Position numbers and translations under genes: made by a program. Shown here piece after piece: positions 54,694 to 64,000 of a stretch of DNA of 64,000 nt. Positions within the stretch are counted from its first letter, which is position 1. Each line of letters begins with the position of its first letter. The notes under the pieces are model-generated. The model was not told where the DNA came from. It searched no databases and was given only the letters and a program-made list of their open reading frames with translations. Source of the DNA: Octopus vulgaris. Taxonomy: Eukaryota. Location of the stretch: contig OX597829.1 in NCBI GenBank assembly GCA_951406725.2, positions 16,058,001-16,122,000 on the forward strand, in the 5' to 3' direction.

Positions 54694-55547
54694 CTAGAAA
54701 TCACAAAGAAAAAAAAGTAAACATGTAAGAAAGCAGATAAATAATATTTATTCCTTTATTGCCCACAAGGGGCTAAACACAGAGGGAACAAACAAGGACA
54801 GACAAAGGGTTTAAGTCGGTTGCATCAACCCCTGCGCATAACTGGTACTTATTTTTATCGATCCTGAAAGGATGAAAGGCAAAGTCAACCTCAACAGAAT
54901 TTGAACTCAGAACGTAACGCTAGACGAAATACCGCTAAACATTTCGCCTGGCATGCTAACGATTCTGCCAGCTCACCACCAAAATAATATTGGGTTTAAA
55001 AGAAGCAAAAATTATTTGTTAAGAGTTGGGATAGATAAAGAAACAATAAAACAATTAGAATGAGAGACTCGAGTATTTTGTATCAAGCATTTTCAGTTAA
55101 ACAGACTAGGTTTCAATAAATTTTAAAATATACAAACAGTGAGATTGAACCTAGAAGTATGTGGTCACAAAGCAGACCACTTAACTATATGACTATGCTC
55201 AAACTGAGATACAAAATGTTTTTAACTATTCTCTGAAGTAGCATATAAATCATTACTAAAAGACTAATGGTTCCATATATTTAACCATTTAGTAGCCAAA
55301 ATAATCCATCTGATTTATGTTCCAACTGGCCAGATCTGGTCTCTCAAACCTATCCTACAAAGTCATTGTAAAAATATACAATCACATTACTGATATCCCA
55401 AAGCTACGAAATAATGCACGATTAATTCAAAATAACATGAATAAATAAGCATCACATTTGACAAACAAATCTAAATGCTAAAGAGTTAAACATATTTATA
55501 ACATACATACAAACAAGCACAAGCACATACACACACATATATATTAC

Positions 55548-55868
55548 GGAGATGTACTTGCACAGCAAGTAACCTGATCTGAGACCATGTGCTGATAGAA
55601 AAACAATTGCAGCGTGGAAGGTGTTTATAAGCCATTTAAGAAACACACAAAAACCATTAGATTCACTTCAACATTTAAATTTAATTTGCTAAAATATTTT
55701 CATCGCTTTGAGATAATGACCTGTTCACTGACAAAATTCCATGCTGCATCACAGAATTTTGTCAGTGGTCTCAAAGCGACGAAAATATTTAGACACATTG
55801 AATTTAAATGTTGAACGGTTTTTCCGTGTTTTTAAATGGCTTATAACCACCTTCCTTGCTGCAATTGT
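55548..55868 (-). mobile_element. Fold-back element, probably Penelope-derived, with a decayed G3-C8 hammerhead-like motif
   Basis: Inverted arms span 55603-55868. Minus strand TTTGTCA-GTGAACA-G-GTCAT...GCGAT-GAAA-ATATTT. The unpaired tail ends at (TA)n. Confidence 0.62.
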
Positions 55869-55879
55869 GTTTGTGTGTG

Positions 55880-55921
<42 letters not shown>

Positions 55922-56174
55922 TATGCATATGCATAGCATAAATATATCCTTTTAGCCTTTAACCTGGCTTGATTTGGCCTCTCTTAACAACCCTACAATG
56001 TCATTCTAAAAATAAGCATTCACATCATAAAAATTTCAAAGCTATGAAGCATTACCTTTGACAGATTAATCTGAAAGCTAAAGGGTTAATATTATTATTA
56101 AAAATGGAACTCAAAAAATAAACTATCAAGTTTCAAAGAATTTTTATCATTCAAATCAAAGATTTAAAACTAAC

Positions 56175-56450
56175 CAGGATTGCAAAGAATTAAGGCTTTC
56201 AATAATATATACTCTTCTTTAGTCACTCCAAGACTCGTTATTTTGCTGGCCAATTTTCTACTAAGGTTGTCCATTTTGGGTGAGCAACCATATGTGTTTG
56301 CAGCTTGCTCTTGGTCGATTTTGAAGTCCTCGGCAAATTTTAAGAAGTGGTTGTAAGGGCAGGATCGATGTGCAAGATTGAGGCATAGAATCTCTAGCCA
56401 TGAATGTTGTAAGAGATTCATCTGGTCAACAAGTGGGAGACTGGCAAAAC
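56175..56450 (-). CDS. ERR: Estrogen-related receptor, internal LBD exon (276 bp)
   Basis: Acceptor CCCATCAG. (G)FASLPLVDQMNLLQHSWLEILCLNLAHRSCPY...TKEEYILLKALILCNP(D). Donor GTTAG at 56174. Phase 1 at both ends, matching the neighbouring exons. Confidence 0.95.
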
Positions 56451-56520
56451 CTGATGGGTAAAAATGATAAAAATTACATATGCATTGAAAAAAATTATAC
56501 ATTCCTTTATATATATATAT

Positions 56521-56754
56521 ACCAGAGTAAGCACATAAATGCGAAACAAGGTGGAAAAAATGGTACTCAAATACCAGAGGTAGAGTAATATGCTTTATTA
56601 AAAAGCAGCAAAAATATCACAAAAACTGTTACTTAGAGTTTCACGTTCCCATTCGTCAGACAGTTTTGTTTAGATTCTAAACAAAACTGTCCGATGAATG
56701 AAAACATGAAACTCTGAGTAACAGTTTTTGTGATATTTTTGCCGCTTTTTAATA
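56521..56754 (-). mobile_element. Penelope-type fold-back element (palindromic arms, hammerhead, AATAAA, (TA)n end)
   Basis: Arms 56596-56674 and 56676-56754 with a 1-nt spacer. The unpaired tail 56521-56595 runs into (TA)n. Confidence 0.78.
56622..56667 (-). ncRNA. Minimal type-I hammerhead ribozyme with an intact core
   Basis: AAAACTGT-CTGACGA-ATG GGAA CGT-GAAA-CT CTA AG-TA-ACAGTTTT: 8-bp stem I, 3-bp stem II, 3-bp stem III, GUA cleavage triplet. The mirror copy at 56683-56728 (+) has CCGATGA (U4C, likely inactive). Confidence 0.8.
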
Positions 56755-58817
56755 GTGTGTGTGTGTGTGTGTTATTGGAGTGACAGAGCTACCGCTTTAC
56801 AGAATAAAAAGAAAATTAAATATTCTAGAAGTATTAAAGTATTTTTTTTTTTAATTATATATTCAGAATAAAAAGAATGTGTGTGTGTGTGTACACAAAA
56901 ATATTTGCTATTACAAAATGGCAAATATTGATTTCAAATTTTGGCACAAGCCCAGCAAGATCTGGGGAAATGTAAGTTAATTAATTCAACTCAAGTGCTC
57001 AACTGTTACTCATTTTATTGACCCTGAAAGGATGAAAGGTAAAATTGACCTCATCAGGATTTGAACTCAGGTTAAGAAGATGGACAAAATACTTCTAAAC
57101 ATATCTCTTTGCATGGTAATAACTCTGCCAGCTCACCACCTTTTCTGCAAACTCTCTGAATCCGCATGCAGTTGCTTCGCTTGCAAGAAATAAGTGTCTT
57201 TAATCACCTTTGAATTACACCTTACTGTCTTAACCGTTTTATTACCATATTTCTGTTGAGATGCTCTGTGTTTCTTTCAATTAATTTTAAATATAACAGA
57301 ATTTAGTAAAATAACTAACCTAATGCTAGGAACATAAATTTGTGTACTAAGGTTTGGTGGAAGATTTTAATTCAGGATGTTTGAAAACAAGTCATTTGTA
57401 CTACAGAGACAGAAGTGGTTTCAGGCAGGTTGGTATCAAAAGAGTTAAAGTTAACAAAAAAGAAAAGAAAAAACAAAACAAAAGATAGTAGATAATATTG
57501 TAGCCCCCTGATATTCTATGTCTAAAAATTTTTTTTGTAAAGAAAAAAGAAACAGTTGGGACACCTTTAATTATAGGTTTCTCTAAATTGTCCTAGAGGT
57601 AGATAAACAAAGACAAAATCAACACGAAAGATATTAAGACAATATTATTCCCTTTCTACTTGAAAATTGTATTTCTAATATTTCATTTGTGAATTTATTT
57701 TGCTAGAATCTTGATCTGAAACAATGTTGAGGCCAATATTATTATATTTTGGGAGGGTCATACTTTCAACAAACACACTCACTAGACATTTTATTATATT
57801 ATTAGGGAATTTCTGACAATGTAAATTAACATTGAAGTGAATGACAACTGTTGTGTGTGTGTGTGTCTGTGTGTGTGTGATTCTTATTGGCAATATGGCT
57901 GTTCCAAAGTATAATAATATATTTATAATTAACTATTTATTTTTATTGGCAATTTTTATATTCATTTTCACAATACTATCTCCTCTCAGTAAGTTGGTTA
58001 AAATTCTTCAGACTGATCAGAATATGGAAAAGGAGATACAATGAATAAAATATCAACTCAACAAATTCAATTCTAGAAACCTGGCTACTTAACCTCTTAA
58101 TTATGTTTAAGAAGGAAATGAAAAACAAAAACAAAAAAAATTAACCTATTGATACTTAACAGCCAGTCACTACTCTTTGCTTCCCTTCACATAAAGCCAC
58201 CTGCTTTGAAGTGTTTCATATTTAAATAAAGTTTTCTACTAGGCTGTGATTCTGATACTATCTTAATATATCATTACATGAATAAAGTTAGTTATTTTGC
58301 AAAAATCCCTTCAAATTCTTGACCAAACTTAATTGAAATGTAAGCTGTGTATTTCGTTTAAAATATTGTCACAAAATAGTAAAACAGATCATTTTTTATT
58401 TTTCTTAACTAGAATATAATAGACATTTTTTTTAAAATGTTATATTCTAATTAAGATTGCAACAATTTAATCGCTGAACCATACAATATACGGTTGAATG
58501 ATTAAATTACAGATGAACTATGAACAGCGTGTATTCACTTCCAAAGTTGTCATTTCAAGAACAGGAATGAATCTATTCTTGCTTTTCAAGGATAACAGCC
58601 ACTGTCTAGACAATTCTTTAAACCTTCTTGCAGACTTTTGAATACACAGCTGCAAACGAATTCTTCCCCAAACAGGCGTACACAGGTTCTGTTGCTTCCC
58701 CCCTCTCTCCCACATGTTATATGTACATTATATATATATATATATATATATATAAATATATATATATATTCTTGCATTTGTATGTACTACAATAAAATAC
58801 ATACACACATATATTAC

Positions 58818-58910
<93 letters not shown>

Positions 58911-59038
58911 ACGTGTGTGAATAGTTTCATAAGCTGTTATGGAAAACTATCTCAAAATCAACAGGAGAAACATCAATATCATAAACACGGCGGAGAGTTA
59001 GCTCCCCTATCATTGCGATCTAAGATAACATTATTGAG

Positions 59039-59083
<45 letters not shown>

Positions 59084-59242
59084 CTCTCTCTTTCTCTGTG
59101 CTGTCACAATAACGCATATATGTAAGCACACGCCCACACATGAACATGAAAAAGAGCAGGTACACAATCTTTAATCTATTTTTGTGTTTCGTTTACTGCC
59201 TTTCGCCATTTCATTGTTGATAAACTTTGCTCTTAACAGTAG

Positions 59243-59279
<37 letters not shown>

Positions 59280-59334
59280 TGCGTGTATATACGTATCTTT
59301 CTCTCTCACTCTCTGTATATATACATAAGAAACG

Positions 59335-60673
59335 TGAATGCTTGGTCAATGTCAGACTCTCCCCAGACTCCCACGACCAACCTGCTTTGCCCAAACAGTT
59401 TAGGGTCAAGGTCTGCGCAAGTGCTTGTCTTTATCTCTTTGCTGTCTTCTTTTCTCCATCCACACTTGCTCCCCTTTGGCAGGCAACATCCTCTCCTCTC
59501 CAGCATGGACTAATTCCAACAGGGAGATGAATGAAGCTTTATATCACAGTGGGTTTGTCAGTTCCAGTTACAGTGGAGGATAGAAAGAGAAATAGAGATT
59601 ATGGGGTCAATCCGCATTCAGGTCCCACTTTCAACTCTCTCCTTTATGAATCCGATCAATTTTCAAGGTGTCGCCAACTTTCAGCTAGTGTAAAATTCTC
59701 AGGGGACTGGATTGATGCCCTGCCTGAGGCCATCATTGGAGTCTAGTCAGTCTTGATGAATCCCACATCTCCACTGCACTCAGAGTGGGAGCTGACGTCT
59801 GTAAGGGACTGAGATGCTGCTGTGCTAGGTCCCTCGACTCCACAAGTTTTCACAGTCTGCCTATAGCCACCTAAATGCTGGTCACTTCGCTTGTCACACG
59901 CTGCTAAACCTAATCATTAAGCAGACCCTGACTCAGATTAATATCCTTATTTCTTTCTGTGTTTAGCCCCTTGTGGGTAGTAAAGAAATAGGGGCTAAAC
60001 ACAGAGAGGACAAACAAGGACAGACAAATGGATTAAGTCGATTATATTGACCCCAGTGCGAATAACTGCTACTTAATTTATCAATCCCAAAGGGATGAAA
60101 GGCAAAGTCGACCTCGGTGAAATTTGAACTCAGAACGTAATGGCAGACGAAATACGGCTACGCATTTTGCCCGGCGTGCTAACGTTTCTGCCAGCTCGCC
60201 GCCTTAAATCCCATCAGTTCAGGCGCCATTGGGGTTATACAGAAGTGATGGAAAGAGACCAGATGGTCCTACTCTCTGTCCCTGGGTTAGAGGGAGGTGC
60301 CTCATTTGGGACACCACAGTCTGCAGCTTCTTTGCTCCCTCTCACATCATGGATGCTGCAGTTAATGGAAGAGTCACTGCTTCCATAGCCAAACAGAAGA
60401 AAACCCTGAAGTATCGGACCTGACGGTGAACTATCTCTTCCAACCTGTGATGTTTGAGATGTTCAGAGGGACAGTGCCACTAACCATGAAGTTCTTCTCA
60501 ATGTTGGCAGCTCACCACACCAAGGTGTCAGGTAATGCCCATGAGGGTGCTTGGCCTTCCTAAAACCTTAGCCTCAACATCACCTGTGGTAGTGCTGCAA
60601 GAATGCTAGCTTGCTTCAGTAGGTTCCATTAAACCTTGTGGTGTGTGACCAGTTGCTGGGATAAAAAAAAAAA
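59335..60673 (+). mobile_element. CRE-clade (restriction-like endonuclease) non-LTR retrotransposon, decayed 3' part, interrupted by a SINE at about 59948-60207
   Basis: Fragments SGDWIDALP, ALRVGADVC, HTLLNLIIKQTL and GLYRSDGKRPDGPTLCPWVRGRCLIWDTT...APSH...KKTLKY match the CRE RLE signature (RPDG...PW...WD). A-run at 60663-60673. Confidence 0.85.
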
Positions 60674-60771
60674 TCACCCACAAATGATTTCAATACAGTT
60701 TTAACAGAAAAATTTGGAAGAATTAGATGAAATTTCTCTGGTAATTTTCTTTCATGTAAATGCTTATTTAC

Positions 60772-61318
60772 CCAGGATATTAATTGTCTGGAAGTTGTTC
60801 AGCGACATGCAGCCAAGAGAATACCCTCCATTAGGCATTTGCCATATTCTGAACGCCTTAATTCCCTGGGCATGGATACATTGAAACTCCAATGTCTGGC
60901 AGCTGACTTGGCAGACACCCATAAAATTATTCACCATCTTACAAACAATAACTCTGAGCACCTTTTTAAACTCCATCTGTCTAACACTCATGGACATGTT
61001 TACAAAGTCAGAAAACAGCACAGCTCCCATGACTTTCGGAAACATTTTTTCACGCTAAGAGTTGCTGAAGCATGGAACAAACTGCCAGCATCAGTTGTTA
61101 GTTGTCGGAGCACTGCATCCTTCAAAACTTCCATGCTTCCTGAGATTCGCCAACACTACACCTGATTTTCTCCCCTCCATACACACGCAAGCATGTATCT
61201 GACTCATACACTGTTCACTTTCCAGGCATTTGTACATTACTGCATGTGCTTTATACGCACTTTTGACAAATTGTGGTGCACCTGAGCACTGTATACAATA
61301 ATTTCATTATTATATTAT
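60772..61318 (+). mobile_element. CR1-clade LINE 3' fragment
   Basis: LEVVQRHAAKRIPSIRHLPYSERLNSLGM...HGHVYKV...RKHFFTLRVAEAWNKLPASVV, followed by a 3' UTR and an ATT tail. Confidence 0.9.
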
Positions 61319-63849
61319 TACGTTAATTCAAAAATTTGCCAGCAAAATCTTACAAAATCACAATGTTCTAAAAGATGTACATGTTTATATTCTACACATG
61401 AAAATAAAATTTTTACTATATACATATATATATATATATATATATAAATGATGATGATATGATAATGATATATATGTATATATATATATATATATATATA
61501 GTCTTTCATTCTTTTACTTGTTTCAGTCATTAGACAGCACCCATGTTGGAGCACTGCTTTAAAGGGTTTTAGTTAAACCAAAGGACCCCAGTACTTATTT
61601 TCAAGTTTGGTACATATTCTATTGGACTCTTTTGTCAAACTGCCAAGTTATGGGGATCTAAACACACCATCACTGGTTGTCAATCGGTTAGTGGGGGACA
61701 AACACAGATGCAAAGACACACGTACATACATATTTATATATCTCATCATCCTCAAGTAACATCCGTCTTCCATGCTGGAAATTATATATGACGGGCTTCT
61801 TTCAGTTTCCATCAATCAAATCTGCTCACAAAGACTTGGTCAGCCGAAGGCTAGAGTAGAAAGTGCCACGCAATGGGACTGAACCCAGGACCATGTAGTT
61901 GGGAAGCAAACTTCTTTACCACACAGCCACGTCTGAGCCATCTATATATTCTATATAGATGGCTATATATTTTGATATATATTTCTTTACTGCCCACAAG
62001 GAGCTAAACACAGAGGGGACAAACAAGGACAGACAAACGGATTAAGTCGATTACATCGACCCCAGTGCATAACTGGTACTTAATTTATCGACCCCCGAAA
62101 GGATGAAAGGCAAAGTCGACCTTGGCGGAATTTGAACCCAGAACGTAAAGGCAGATGAAATACAGCTATGCATTTCGCCCAGCGTGCTAACATTTCTGCC
62201 AGCTCACCGCCTATATATTATTTTTGATATACACGGCTATATATTTTGATACAGACAAAAGTACTACCACATTTGAATCTTTCAGATGTAGTTCTACTAG
62301 TTATGAGGAACACCATATTTTAAAATAGTTTATTCAGTACAAGACAGTCATTACATCAAACACATTCAGAACCTCCAAGACTCTCTCTCTTCTGCATCCC
62401 CTCTCACTCTAATTCTCTTTCTTTCTCTCTCTCTTTCTCTATCTTTACTACTTAACTGTCAAATACAGTTCAATCTCAAACTAATTAATCAATTCATTTA
62501 ATTAATGATTTCTTCTCCCACTTTCTCCCTTTTCCATTAAATACCTAAATGTTCAATTCAAAATATTTGTTTAATAGCAGAAAGGCTAAAATCCATCTCA
62601 GACATCACATATCCAGTTGATTACATCTTTTATTTCAGTACTTTACCAGCATTTGATCTTTACAAAAGGAAGGGTTCGTAAAAAAAAAATTTTTTAATGG
62701 CAAAATCACTATCTTCAATTCAGATTCCCTGCCTAACCTTACATATGGCGATGGATAGTGGGCAATGACCAAAAGATTATGATGGCAAATATGAATAGCC
62801 AAAATGGGGTTCCTGAAACCAATACAATGCAATCCAGATGTTCAGAATTATGATAAATGGAAGAAGATTAAAAGCAAACAGGATTATTATGAGGAGCTGA
62901 AGGATAAACAACATAGATAATATAATATCAACATCACAGTTTTTTTCAAGCTTTTTTTTCTTTTTTTCTTTTCCTAAACTTTTTTTGCATAGGCACAGGC
63001 ATGGGTGCTTGATAAGAGGCTTGCTTCCAAAACACATGGTTTCGGGTTCAGTCCCACAGTGTGTGCAATCTTGAGCAAGTGTCTTCTATGATAGCCCCAA
63101 GCTGAGCAAAACCATGAGTTGACTTGCTAGATGGAAACTGTAGGAAACCCGTTAGGTGTGTGTGTGTGTGCGCGCCAGTTGAAGAGAGGGTAAGAAATAA
63201 GTGTCTTAAAGTGGAGGAGTGACAGTGAAGGGAGTGAGATGATGGTGAAGATGTTACACTCAAGTTAGAGGGAGGTGTATATAAGTGAAGCAGAACCAGG
63301 GATGGGATTGGACGAGTGGGTGGGTGAGTTTGTAAGACTGTGAAAGGTAAGTGGGAGGTGGAGGAGAGGAAGAATGTAGTGAGTGGACACAAAGAGAGAG
63401 ATGTTAGGAGGTTATGTTGTGCGGAAGAGGTAAAAAAAGGGACAAATAATGTGTTGGTAGGTTTGCAAGGATACAAAGACAGAATAAGGGATGGAAAGGA
63501 GAAGAGTGCAGCAAGTGGTGAATATGGGTGGAGGGAAGAGAGGAAGATGTTAAGAAGGTGGGTTTGTTGGGGAGAGAAATTTCTCAGGGACAGATTGTTT
63601 GCAGCGGGTGTGGACATGACATGATGGCCTCAATTTTTACTTAGCTAAGCAGGTTTTCTTAAGCACTGCAAATTGCCAATCATGTCAGTGAAAATGATTT
63701 GGCTATTATATACAACAGCAGGAAGCATAACCACATAGAGGTTCCTTCACCTTAGCTTTTTTTCTTTTGTCGTTATTATTTTGTGTTGTTAGTGTTCATT
63801 ATATAGAATAATTAATATGAAATTATTAATACCCAAAACAATCACTTAC

Positions 63850-64000
63850 CAGGTACTTGTTTTGCCCAGCTAATTGTAACGACTAATTCTCTATCAGCTA
63901 GATCTGATACAATGGACATAAACTTCACCTCATTTTCAGGTACTTCAGGATCTGGTGTTGCATATAGTTTATCAAGCTGTGCTTCTATTGCGAGTAGTGA
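63850..64000 (-). CDS. ERR: Estrogen-related receptor, LBD exon (helices 1-3), truncated by the window edge
   Basis: SLLAIEAQLDKLYATPDPEVPENEVKFMSIVSDLADRELVVTISWAKQVP(G). Donor GTAAGT at 63849. DLADRELVV...WAK is the NR3 helix-3 signature. Not in the ORF track. Confidence 0.93.

Noticed and set aside
61936-61964. 13-bp perfect palindrome AGCCATCTATATA/TATATAGATGGCT
   Set aside because: Short, TA-rich and located between two SINE ends, so most likely a repair or slippage product.

Overview
Eukaryotic, AT-rich, microsatellite-dense DNA. The tRNA-derived SINE families and gene content point to a coleoid cephalopod, most likely Octopus (inference). Two host genes can be built by hand from canonical splice sites. 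The first is a complete three-exon vitamin K epoxide reductase (VKORC1-like, + strand, 13017-21289, 163 aa, CILC active site). The second is the last three ligand-binding-domain exons of the estrogen-related receptor (ERR/NR3B, - strand, 54452 to beyond 64000). The rest is transposon debris and simple repeats: Tx1, RTE, CR1 and CRE LINE fragments, at least four SINE families, two non-autonomous Helitrons, hAT and TTAA MITEs, a probable solo LTR and a 31-bp minisatellite. The most interesting signal is a set of unrelated short elements carrying minimal type-I hammerhead ribozyme motifs of the Penelope type. Four are fold-back elements (11.2, 23.9, 55.7 and 56.6 kb) and one is fused to a tRNA-Ser-like Pol III head (8.9-9.1 kb). 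Their catalytic 3-8 pair appears as C-G, G-C and U-A in different elements. Almost all ORFs in the supplied track are microsatellite or SINE artefacts.
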